Shown: positions 40,141-48,456 of the stretch, piece after piece
How the letters are laid out: each line of letters starts with the position of its first letter
How positions within the stretch are numbered: position 1 is the stretch's first letter
NCBI GenBank assembly: GCA_965224085.1
Contig: CBDCYI010000005.1
Location: 864,001 to 928,000 of the forward strand
Origin: Candidatus Marinacidobacterales bacterium
GTDB taxonomy: Bacteria; Acidobacteriota; Vicinamibacteria; Marinacidobacterales; SMYC01
Reading direction: 5' to 3'
Length of the DNA stretch: 64,000 nt
Program-made: the position numbers and the translations under genes
The notes under the pieces: model-generated
Told to the model about the DNA's origin: nothing
Seen by the model: only the letters and a program-made list of their open reading frames with translations
Databases searched by the model: none

Positions 40141-42546
40141 GTGGCCGACGGAAAATTGTTTGGAACCAATTACACTCCGCCCGATCTCGTTGCGAAAGTG
40201 ACAGGTCAGGCTAAGTACGCGGAAGACTTCCGGGCCGAAGGCATGCTTTTCACGAAGCTCCTCATGAGCCCGATGCCGCACGCGCGCGTCTTGGACATCG
40301 ACTATCGCGACGCGCTCGCGATGGAAGGTGTTGAGGGCATCATCACGGCCGACGATCTTCCGGAGACCGACAACTTGGTCGGTGGCGATCGCGCGCTGAC
40401 CATGGAGCCGATGTATCAAGGCGAGCCCATCCTCGCCGTCGCGGCGGTGGACGAGGCAACGGCGGCAGCCGCCATCGAGAAGATCAAAGTCGATTACGAG
40501 CCTCTCCCCTTCGTCATCGATCCTCTCGATAGCCTTCGCCCTGGCGGCCCCAATGCGCGTGTTGGCGGCAACACCGTCGTGGACCGGAAGGAAGTGGTCG
40601 AGATCAAATGGACTGCCCAAGACTTCGAGGAAGCCGGCGATGACATGCCTATGGGCCAGGCTGAAGTGGAGTGGGAAGTCGGTGACGTCGCGCAAGGTCT
40701 CGAAGAGGCCGACCTCGTCCTCGACGAAACGCTCTACCACCAGTCCCAGACCCATCACCCGCTCGAGACGCGAAGCTGCATGGCCTACTGGCAGAACGAC
40801 AAGCTCTACATCCACCCGTCGACCCAGAGCACCCAGCGCACAGCTCCGGGCGTCGCGAGAGCGGTTGGCATCGACCCGACACAGGTGGTCGTCGTCGCCG
40901 AATATTGCGGCGGCGGGTTCGGGAGCAAGATCCCCGGCACCGTGAACATGCCCATCGCCGCGCTGCTCTCGAAGAAGACCGGCCGGCCGGTGATGCACCG
41001 CGTGAGTCGTGAGGAAGAGAACGCTTATGGACGTGCACGGCCTGGCTTTCAGGGCCGCGTGAAGCTCGGGTTCAGAAACGACGGGCGCATCACGGCTATC
41101 GACTTGTACATCATCCAGGACAATGGCGGCTACGGCCGCCGGGGTGATTTCACCAGCGCGAGCCGCTGCGCTTCGCTCAACTACACACCGCTCAATATGC
41201 GTTTTCGCGGCATCTCGGTGCTCACGAACACGCCGACGCGGGCCGCGCAACGAGCGCCCGGCGGTGTCCAAATCACGGCCATGCTCGAGCCGGTCATCGA
41301 CAAGGCAGCCAAGGAGCTCGGTCTCGACCGGATCGAGATCCGCAAGATCAACGCCCCGGACAACGACACGACCTACGGCTCGAACGAACATCACGTCACG
41401 TCGGCTTACGTTCGCGAAGCGCTCGACAAAGCTGCTGAGGTCGCGAACTGGGAAGAGCTCAAGCAGCAGAGCGGCCAGACGAACGGGAGCAAGATTACCG
41501 GGGTCGGCATCGGGCTCTCGTCCTATGTCGCGGGAAGCCGCGGTTTCGACGGGCTCATGGTGCTGAAGCCGGACGGAAAGCTCTACATTCATCACGGCAT
41601 CGGTAACCTGGGTACGCACTCCGTCTTCGACACAGCGCGCGTCGCGTGCGACCACCTCGGCATGCCCTGGGAGAAGACGGAAGTGATCTGGGGCAACACC
41701 AGCAAACACCTCCCCCACTCCGCGGTGCAAGCCGGAAGCCAAACGGCCCACGCTCACAGCCGGGCGAACCTCGCTGCGGCGACCGACATGGAGAAAAAGC
41801 TCAAAGAGGTCGCTGCGCGCACGCTCGGCGGATCCCCGGAAAGCTACATGGTCGGCGGCGAGCGCGTCTTTCGCCGCGGCAACCGCGGGAGCGGTCTGAG
41901 TTTCGCGCAGGCCGCGGAAAAAGCCATCGAGCTCGGCGGGAAATTCGACGGGCACGAAGCGCCCGAGGACATCAACGACTGGACGAAGGGTGCTGTGGCC
42001 AGCTTGGCAGGACAAGGCCTCATGGGCGTGGCGAAAGATAACTACGGCGGTGAAGGCGACCTCTGGTCCTTCGTCGTCGGCGTCGCCAAAGTCGAAGTCG
42101 ATCGGGATACCGGTGCCGTCGAAATCCAGCACTACACCGCCGTCGCCGATACCGGCGCGGTGATGAACCCGAGAGGCCTCGCCGCGCAAATCCACGGCGG
42201 CGGCGTCCAGGGTTTCGGTCTCGCGCGGAGCCAGAAGTGGGTGTACGACCCGAAGTGGGGTGTACCTTTCACCCAAAGGCTCTACACGGCGAAGCCGCCG
42301 TCCATACTCGACATCCCACTCGACATGAAGGCGGGGGCGGCCGAGATGCCCGATCCGCAGAATCCCGTGGGTGCCAAAGGCATCGGCGAGGCGCCTTTCG
42401 GCGCCGGCGTGGCCGCGGTTCTCTGCGCCATCCAGGACGCCATTGGCGAGTTTGAGTTGAAGCGCTCGCCGATGACGACCGATTTGATTCTGAATCAGCT
42501 CGAGGGCGAACCGCAGCCCATCAACGTCCTTGCGACCGACGTTTAA
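40141..42546 (+). CDS. paoC: Xanthine dehydrogenase-family molybdopterin-binding subunit (PaoC/YagR-like)
   Basis: KVTGQAKYAED, GGGFGSK, RAPG, AQIHGG, KGIGEAP. Confidence 0.85.
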   Translation: MADGKLFGTNYTPPDLVAKVTGQAKYAEDFRAEGMLFTKLLMSPMPHARVLDIDYRDALAMEGVEGIITADDLPETDNLVGGDRALTMEPMYQGEPILAVAAVDEATAAAAIEKIKVDYEPLPFVIDPLDSLRPGGPNARVGGNTVVDRKEVVEIKWTAQDFEEAGDDMPMGQAEVEWEVGDVAQGLEEADLVLDETLYHQSQTHHPLETRSCMAYWQNDKLYIHPSTQSTQRTAPGVARAVGIDPTQVVVVAEYCGGGFGSKIPGTVNMPIAALLSKKTGRPVMHRVSREEENAYGRARPGFQGRVKLGFRNDGRITAIDLYIIQDNGGYGRRGDFTSASRCASLNYTPLNMRFRGISVLTNTPTRAAQRAPGGVQITAMLEPVIDKAAKELGLDRIEIRKINAPDNDTTYGSNEHHVTSAYVREALDKAAEVANWEELKQQSGQTNGSKITGVGIGLSSYVAGSRGFDGLMVLKPDGKLYIHHGIGNLGTHSVFDTARVACDHLGMPWEKTEVIWGNTSKHLPHSAVQAGSQTAHAHSRANLAAATDMEKKLKEVAARTLGGSPESYMVGGERVFRRGNRGSGLSFAQAAEKAIELGGKFDGHEAPEDINDWTKGAVASLAGQGLMGVAKDNYGGEGDLWSFVVGVAKVEVDRDTGAVEIQHYTAVADTGAVMNPRGLAAQIHGGGVQGFGLARSQKWVYDPKWGVPFTQRLYTAKPPSILDIPLDMKAGAAEMPDPQNPVGAKGIGEAPFGAGVAAVLCAIQDAIGEFELKRSPMTTDLILNQLEGEPQPINVLATDV

Positions 42547-42557
42547 GGAGACAAAAA

Positions 42558-43559
42558 ATGGCTGTGATTCGTGACACGATTCCGGAATTCGAGCTCTTTC
42601 AGCCGGCGAGTATCGACGATGCGCTGGCGCTCAAACGCCGCTACGGAAAAACATCCTGGGCCTTCGCCGGCGGTCTCGACAGCCTCGACTGGTTCAAAGA
42701 TCGCATTAAACGTCCCGATGTCGTGATCGACTTGAGCGCTGTCGACGCGATGCGCGGGATCCGCGACGTCGACGACGGTCTCGAGATGGGCGCGATGACG
42801 ACGCTCACCGAAGTCGCCGAACACGCGGGGATCCTCTCTCGCTTCGGCCTTCTCGCCGACGCGGCGTCCAAGGTGGCGACCCCGCAGATCCGCAACCAGG
42901 GCACCATTGGCGGCAACGTGACGCAAGACACCCGCTGCTGGTACTACCGGGGTGGATGGCCTTGCTATCGCGCTGGCGGCAACATTTGCTACGCGGATAC
43001 GCCGACGTCCATCAACCGGGAGCACGCTCTGTTCGAGTCGAACCGTTGCGTGGCGGTGAATCCGTCGGACACGGCCCCGGCGCTCGTAGCACTCGACGCC
43101 AAGTTCGTCATCATGGGCGGAAGCGGTGAGAAAGTCGTCGACGCGGAGGACTACTTCATCACCCCGGCGACCGACATCACGCGCATGACGATCTTGGAGC
43201 CTGGCGAGCTTCTGACGTCGATCCGCATCCCGGGAACGTGGGCCGGCTCGCGTTTCTACTTCGAGAAGGTGCGTGACCGCCAAGCGTGGGACTTCCCGCT
43301 CGTGAACATCGCCTCGGCAATGAAAGTCTCCGGCAATACGATCGAGGATATTCGCCTCGTCGTGAACGCCGTGGGGCCGCGGCCGCTGCGGCTCACAGAT
43401 GTGGAGCGTCAGCTGAAAGGCCAATCCGCGACCGCAGATGTTGGTAAGGCCGCAGGCGAGCTCGCGCTTCTCGGCGCCCGTCCGCTGCAGCACAACGCTT
43501 ACAAGATGCCGCTCATGCGGAATCTCGTGAAGCGCGCCATCAGCGGAACGGAGGCCTGA
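42558..43559 (+). CDS. paoB: FAD-binding subunit with a [4Fe-4S] insertion (PaoB/YagS-like)
   Basis: AGGLD, ATPQIRNQGTIGGN, RCWYYR..CYRAGGNIC..C..NPSDTAPAL, KVRDRQAWDF. Confidence 0.85.
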   Translation: MAVIRDTIPEFELFQPASIDDALALKRRYGKTSWAFAGGLDSLDWFKDRIKRPDVVIDLSAVDAMRGIRDVDDGLEMGAMTTLTEVAEHAGILSRFGLLADAASKVATPQIRNQGTIGGNVTQDTRCWYYRGGWPCYRAGGNICYADTPTSINREHALFESNRCVAVNPSDTAPALVALDAKFVIMGGSGEKVVDAEDYFITPATDITRMTILEPGELLTSIRIPGTWAGSRFYFEKVRDRQAWDFPLVNIASAMKVSGNTIEDIRLVVNAVGPRPLRLTDVERQLKGQSATADVGKAAGELALLGARPLQHNAYKMPLMRNLVKRAISGTEA

Positions 43560-43561
43560 GC

Positions 43562-44383
43562 ATGAGCATTTTCCAATGGGCACAGAATCCCTGGGGTCAG
43601 GAGGTCCTCGTCCGAATCTCCTGGGATCTGCTATATCTTGCGATCGCGGGCGGGCTAGGCTTCGTCATCGGCCACCTCGTCTACCGCGCCAAAAATCCGC
43701 CGAAGACCGCGGATGTGCCCGACGCGGGAGCCGCGGGGAAAGACATCCCGGAGAAAGTCGTCCGCCACTCCCTGGCAGCACGGCTGTTCCACTGGGTGAT
43801 GGCGGTGACGATGATCACACTTTTAGTCACCGCGTTTTTCCCCATCCTGGGTATTCAGTTCAATTGGGTGCCGATTCACTGGATGGCCGGCGTCGTGCTC
43901 ACGGCCGCCGTGATCTTCCACATCATTCACGCTTCTTTCTGGCTGAACTTGAGGAACATCTGGATCAGCGGCAAGGACTGGGCCGAGTGGAAGCAGGAGA
44001 TGGAGCACGCCCTCGGCAAAGGCGAGCCGCCTCCGAAGCCGGACAAGTACCCCGTCGATCATCGCCTTTATCACAACGCTGTCCTTGTTACGGGCTTGGG
44101 CGTGATCGTGACGGGCCTTTTGATGATGTCGCGTGTCGAGAACCTGATCTTCGCACGAAACTCCTATCTCTTGGCGGAGAGCACCTGGGGCTGGGTCTAC
44201 GTGATCCATGGCCTTTCGGCCGTGGGCCTCGTCGGGCTCATCATCACGCACATCTATTTCGCGATCCTGCCTGAGAAGCGTTGGATAACCAAGTCCATGA
44301 TTTGGGGCTTCATCACGAAGAAGGAGTTTCTCGCTAATCACGACCCGGAGCGCTGGGTCGTGACGGATAAAGCTTCCAAGTAA
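43562..44383 (+). CDS. Di-heme cytochrome b (FdnI / Ni-hydrogenase CytB-like membrane anchor)
   Basis: RH...RLFHW, IHW, HIIH, IHG, THIYFA, SMIWG......H. Confidence 0.8.
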   Translation: MSIFQWAQNPWGQEVLVRISWDLLYLAIAGGLGFVIGHLVYRAKNPPKTADVPDAGAAGKDIPEKVVRHSLAARLFHWVMAVTMITLLVTAFFPILGIQFNWVPIHWMAGVVLTAAVIFHIIHASFWLNLRNIWISGKDWAEWKQEMEHALGKGEPPPKPDKYPVDHRLYHNAVLVTGLGVIVTGLLMMSRVENLIFARNSYLLAESTWGWVYVIHGLSAVGLVGLIITHIYFAILPEKRWITKSMIWGFITKKEFLANHDPERWVVTDKASK

Positions 44384-44393
44384 CATCTTCCTC

Positions 44394-44430
44394 TCCCCTC
44401 TCCACCTCAACCGGTGGAGAGGGGATTTTT
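44394..44430 (+). terminator. Rho-independent terminator after the cytochrome b gene
   Basis: Perfect 13-bp stem TCCCCTCTCCACC / GGTGGAGAGGGGA, 6-nt loop, then TTTTT. Confidence 0.85.
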
Positions 44431-44440
44431 GTGCGTACTC

Positions 44441-44863
44441 ATGTCACTAGCCGATATAAAAACACGTATCGAAGTCATCGAAGAAACCTACGAGTTCATG
44501 CTCGCCTACGCCGCCCAGGGACTCGAAGGCGACAAGGGTAGCAAGACCGGCGGCCAGCTCCGCGATTTTCTGAAGAAAGCCGATGAAGCTATCGACCAGC
44601 TCGCGACCGAGCTCCGCGCTCTCGTGGAGAGCGAGGGGCTCGAGCCGAAGGAGCGCTACCTCGCTTATACCGACGTCGTCGAGCAGGATGCCCGCGCCGC
44701 GGGAGCGGGTCTCAAGCTCGTGCTCGCGCAGGATTCGTTAAGCTCCCAGCTCGTTGACAACATGAACGCCAGCATCCACCTGAGGGCGTTGCTAACGGAT
44801 TTGTTTCTCATTGACGAGATCGTCAAACGCTCTATTCGGCGGAGAAACGATGGACCGGGATAA
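44441..44863 (+). CDS. Hypothetical helical protein
   Basis: IEETYEFMLAYAAQG...SSQLVDNMNASIHLRALLTDLFLIDE; looks protein-like, function unknown. Confidence 0.7.
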   Translation: MSLADIKTRIEVIEETYEFMLAYAAQGLEGDKGSKTGGQLRDFLKKADEAIDQLATELRALVESEGLEPKERYLAYTDVVEQDARAAGAGLKLVLAQDSLSSQLVDNMNASIHLRALLTDLFLIDEIVKRSIRRRNDGPG

Positions 44864-45890
44864 ACTCGATCCATGCAGCGGGTTGTGAGAGTCTCAACTC
44901 GCTGCCGGACGGTAACCGCAAGGGGTTGGTGAGGGTATATTTTTCACGCCACTGAGCTCGGTAGTGCTCGATCACCAAGATCGGGTCGATGACTCCATCA
45001 GGGGTGACGACCTCGATACGGAGCGATCCGTTCACGTCGACCGGATCCGGGAAGAGGGCGACGAGCTCAATGTCTTCGTCGAAGGTGTGGATCGAGCTGG
45101 AAATGCGCGCCGATTGAACGGGAGTTGCGCCGCCTTCAAAGCGCAGTCCGATCTCGCTCCGGTCGGTGAATCGTTTCCCCTCGTCTTCCCAGCCTTTGAC
45201 GTAGAGAATCTCGACGGCCAAGTCGGCCCCTTTCGGGAGTACGTGGGCAAGCGTCACACTTCCCTGCCCCGGAAGCCACGTTGCGAGCAGCTTCGCGCTC
45301 GCGCAGGAGTCGCCGAGCCCGATCGTCGCACGGCGCATGAGCGTCGGCAGGCCGGGCTTGACCTCGAGCTCCGACACAGTGCGCGGCCCGGCCAAACCCG
45401 TGGGCAGCACGAGGCACTCCGTGAGCTCGTAATCGTCTTCGCCGATCACGATAGCGTCCGCGGGGGCCAATAGGAGGTCGGGCTTCTCCATTTGCCATCC
45501 CCCCGAGAACTCGGAAGCCTCGAGCTCCGCCGCTGTGAGAGGGGCTCCTTCCGGCGTCAAGCCCACCACCCAATCGATGATCATGTCGATCTCTTCGGGC
45601 GAGAGCGAGCGCGCATGCTGGAAAGAGCCAATACCATCCGCGGGGAGCCACGGAGGCATTTGCTCACCGAGAACCTGCATTTTGATCGCGTTGGCCCAAG
45701 GCACGGCCGATTGGTAGTCGAGCAGCGACATCGGCCCCGCGCCGCGTGCGTGGTGACAGCCACCGCAATGGGTTACGAATATGGGACGCAGGTGCCTCTT
45801 ATAGTTGTAGCGCGAGGGACTGCCCTCATGCGCGGCCACTTGCCCCGCGCAGGCGAGCGCCAAAAACGTCCATGTCCATCTAATGCCCAC
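44832..45890 (-). CDS. Exported cytochrome c domain + degenerate copper-monooxygenase-like domain protein
   Basis: Signal peptide, CGGCH, GPMSL, MPPW, W.M.KPDL, W.PG, LPSGS. Confidence 0.65.
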   Translation of the reverse strand: MGIRWTWTFLALACAGQVAAHEGSPSRYNYKRHLRPIFVTHCGGCHHARGAGPMSLLDYQSAVPWANAIKMQVLGEQMPPWLPADGIGSFQHARSLSPEEIDMIIDWVVGLTPEGAPLTAAELEASEFSGGWQMEKPDLLLAPADAIVIGEDDYELTECLVLPTGLAGPRTVSELEVKPGLPTLMRRATIGLGDSCASAKLLATWLPGQGSVTLAHVLPKGADLAVEILYVKGWEDEGKRFTDRSEIGLRFEGGATPVQSARISSSIHTFDEDIELVALFPDPVDVNGSLRIEVVTPDGVIDPILVIEHYRAQWREKYTLTNPLRLPSGSELRLSQPAAWIEFIPVHRFSAE

Positions 45891-46899
45891 GTGCCGCCTC
45901 CAACTCCTGGATCGATTGCTCGAACAGCCGGTAGGCTTTTTCGACCTCGAGACGATTCCCCATGTCGCCGTAGACGTCGAGAAGCCAGGCAGCGCGAACC
46001 AGTTTCTTGGCAGGAGCGCTTACGCGCCCGCCTTCTTTCTCGTGGAGTACGAGAACGAGGTCTTTGGCTTCGAGCGCAGGGATGTACAGATCCGGCCACA
46101 CACCGCGCGCGATGAGCTCTTGGACCCGGGCGTCCCGATGCAGGATCGCCTCGAAGATCCCATCGGCCGTTTCGGGTACACGGGGGAGCACGATGGTCCT
46201 CACCGTCTCTTTGGCGGCCGCCATCTCAGAGGCGAAAATGAAGTCGAACCGCGCTTCATCTTCGTGCGAACCCGGGAAGCCGACATGCACGACGAGCTCG
46301 GTCGGATAGCTTTCAGGCACGCCGAGATTCGCGGTCAGGATCGCCGCCTCCGGTGCGGAAACGAGGGGCGTATCGCCGACGCGCGCTTCGAAGCCGCTCG
46401 CGTCGATGGGCTTGGTGAAGTCGTTATAGACAAAGAGCTGGAACGTTCCAGCGTCGTCGAGCGTGCCTTCGATGTGGTGAAATCCGTTCGGCGCCATGAA
46501 CAGGATGCCGCCATGCTTCGGGTTGTGGTCCCCGTGCGCCATTGCGATGCTACGCATGTGCAGGAGACTGCCGTCGGGACATTCGCCGTCGGGAAGGCTC
46601 GACGTCCGTTCCGGTTGTTCGGGACAGAACCACTCGAGCTCGCGCGTCGTGGGCACGAGGTTCATGTTGCAGATGGGGCACGAGCCGCGATCGTCTTCAT
46701 CGATGTGCTGGTGCATCGGACAGGAATAGCTCGGGACCAAGAGGCGCTGCACCATCTCGCGATCGCAGACGGAACAGTGAACGGGCCCGGTCGCCTGCTA
46801 GTCCCGGTGGACCGGACAAAGCCAGACTTCGAACGACTCACGCTCCACCGTTTGGAGGGGGGCGCTCAGTGCGAACACCAGAAACCACGCACTTATCAT
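45880..46899 (-). CDS. Exported heavy-metal-binding-repeat protein with an HGDHNPKH motif; in-frame TAG at codon 34
   Basis: ATG 46899 + signal peptide; WLCPVH..CSVC, YSCPMH..CPIC.M.L, WFCPE..CP; MAHGDHNPKHGG; TAG at 46798-46800. Confidence 0.7.
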
Positions 46900-46906
46900 G
46901 ACGCGG

Positions 46907-47398
46907 TTATTCTAACGCAACGGGCCGATCACGTTCCGTCAGGTTAACTACAATGGCGCGCGCGGCGCGGACTAGATTCTGCGGCGTGATCAAAATCTCT
47001 TGTCCCCAAACGCCGGCACCGACCCCGAGAAGGGGCTCCTCCATCAATGCTCCATCCACAAAGGAACGGAAGCCCGTCGGCTGCCAATGAAACGGTGGCA
47101 CAGACCCGATTTTGTACCCCGTGACTTCCTCGACCACCTCGGGACGAGCCATCTTGATGTTCCGATCGCCGATGGCTTTCTTCAGATTTCCCGACACGGC
47201 GCTGCGGTCACCGCCCACCATGACGAGGACGCGCTCGCTCGTGCCCGATTCGAAGACCAAAGTCTTGACCATCTGGTGCTCGCGAAACCCGAGCACGCGG
47301 GCCACGTTGGCGGCACCTTTGTCCGTCGTATCGGGAAACGCGCGCGTCTCGTAAGCGATCGCTTGTTCGTCCAAATGGATATGGGCTGGGAGCCTCAT
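46907..47398 (-). CDS. ybaK: YbaK/EbsC family aminoacyl-tRNA deacylase
   Basis: QMVKTLV, VTGYKIGSVPPF, VGAG..G..I. Confidence 0.8.
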   Translation of the reverse strand: MRLPAHIHLDEQAIAYETRAFPDTTDKGAANVARVLGFREHQMVKTLVFESGTSERVLVMVGGDRSAVSGNLKKAIGDRNIKMARPEVVEEVTGYKIGSVPPFHWQPTGFRSFVDGALMEEPLLGVGAGVWGQEILITPQNLVRAARAIVVNLTERDRPVALE

Positions 47399-47453
47399 GG
47401 GGAAAGGGTATCAGGCAATCAGCCTTCAGGGTGCTCAGGCGGTGTGGTTTTGC

Positions 47454-47482
47454 TTGACACGCAGGCCGGCCGGCGTTAACTT
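47454..47482 (+). promoter_or_regulatory. Sigma70-type promoter upstream of the Met leader
   Basis: TTGACA (47454-47459), 17-bp spacer, TAACTT (47477-47482). Confidence 0.6.
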
Positions 47483-47531
47483 CAAGTTGTCTATTGGAGA
47501 TCAGGTTTTGAGATTGGCTAGGTTCCACCGA

Positions 47532-47591
47532 ATGTCGATGCCCGGCATGTTTATGCGCAGGCCGGGCAGCGCGCGTCGGCGGAGCGGATAA
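47532..47591 (+). CDS. Met-rich leader peptide MSMPGMFMRRPGSARRRSG
   Basis: Four ATG in the first eight codons; lies directly upstream of Met biosynthesis genes and overlaps alternative RNA pairings. Confidence 0.7.
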   Translation: MSMPGMFMRRPGSARRRSG

Positions 47592-47606
47592 CTACTTCTC
47601 GGCACT

Positions 47607-47691
47607 TCTCCTCTGGCGTCGCACCGCCCGGCTGTCCCCGCTGACACCGTCCGGTGCGCTTTTTGTTTCTAGACGTCATTTCCAGAGGAGA
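47607..47691 (+). terminator. Attenuator terminator nested in an SD-sequestering helix
   Basis: CGCACCG (47620-47626) / CGGTGCG (47652-47658), inner TGTC/GACA stem, then CTTTTTGTTT; TCTCCTCTGG (47607-47616) is the exact complement of CCAGAGGAGA (47682-47691). Confidence 0.7.
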
Positions 47692-47697
47692 TCCACG

Positions 47698-48456
47698 ATG
47701 TTCTATCCTTGTTTGGCTTCGGCCAATCTTCCCATCACCGTTCTCAAGTTTGGCGGCTCGGTCCTAGCGGGACCGGATGCACTGAGTGATGTCGTATCGG
47801 AGATCGAACGCACGGTTCGCCGTGGGCATCGCGTCGTCGCGGTCACGTCCGCCTTTGCGGGGGTTACTTCGCGGCTTCTCAAAAAAGCTCAGGAACGCTT
47901 TCGGGCGCCCGCGGAAAAATCGCTTGCGGGTCTTCTCGCCACAGGGGAGTCCCGCTCTGCGGCGTTTGTTTCCCTCGCCCTCGACGACGCCGGTATCCGG
48001 AACGAGCTGCTCGACCCGGATCGCATCAAGCTTCGCGTGCGCGGCGCTTGGCTCGACGCGGAGCCTATCGACGTCGACTTGGGCGCACTCGAAAAGGCGC
48101 TCATCGGGGCTCCTGTCATCGTCCTTCCGGGATACTTTGGACGCCGACGTGATGGCTCCCATGCCCTTCTCGGTCGAGGTGGCTCCGATCTCACGGCGCT
48201 ATTTCTCGCCGAGCGGCTCGGGGCTCGCGACTGCCGGCTCATCAAGGATGTCGACGGACTGTTCAATCGAGATCCAGCCACCGGCGGCGACGAGCTTCAA
48301 GCATTCACGGTCGCGAGCTTTCTGGAGCTTTCTGCGCTCGGCGGCGGACTCGTGCAGGCTAAAGCCATCGATTTCGCAAAAGCCCATGGGCTCGAGTTCA
48401 CGATCGCAACCCTTGCCTCGGATAGAGGGACGCTCATTGGCCCGGTGCGCTCGTGA
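47698..48456 (+). CDS. Aspartokinase-like protein, catalytic domain only (no ACT domains)
   Basis: VLKFGGSVL, VTSAF.G.T, LLATGE, LLGRGGSDLTA, IKDVDG. Confidence 0.82.
   Translation: MFYPCLASANLPITVLKFGGSVLAGPDALSDVVSEIERTVRRGHRVVAVTSAFAGVTSRLLKKAQERFRAPAEKSLAGLLATGESRSAAFVSLALDDAGIRNELLDPDRIKLRVRGAWLDAEPIDVDLGALEKALIGAPVIVLPGYFGRRRDGSHALLGRGGSDLTALFLAERLGARDCRLIKDVDGLFNRDPATGGDELQAFTVASFLELSALGGGLVQAKAIDFAKAHGLEFTIATLASDRGTLIGPVRS

Noticed and set aside
39988-42276. 762-aa antisense ORF (also 34999-36432, 42543-43583, 6106-7185 and similar)
   Set aside because: Shadow ORFs opposite well-supported genes, expected in high-GC DNA; no motifs.
47483-47697. SAM riboswitch or T-box upstream of the Met genes
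   Set aside because: No SAM-I core (ATCnAGAG...GCAACC...GTGC) or T-box (GGTGGnACCGCG) pattern recognised by eye; Rfam should still be run.
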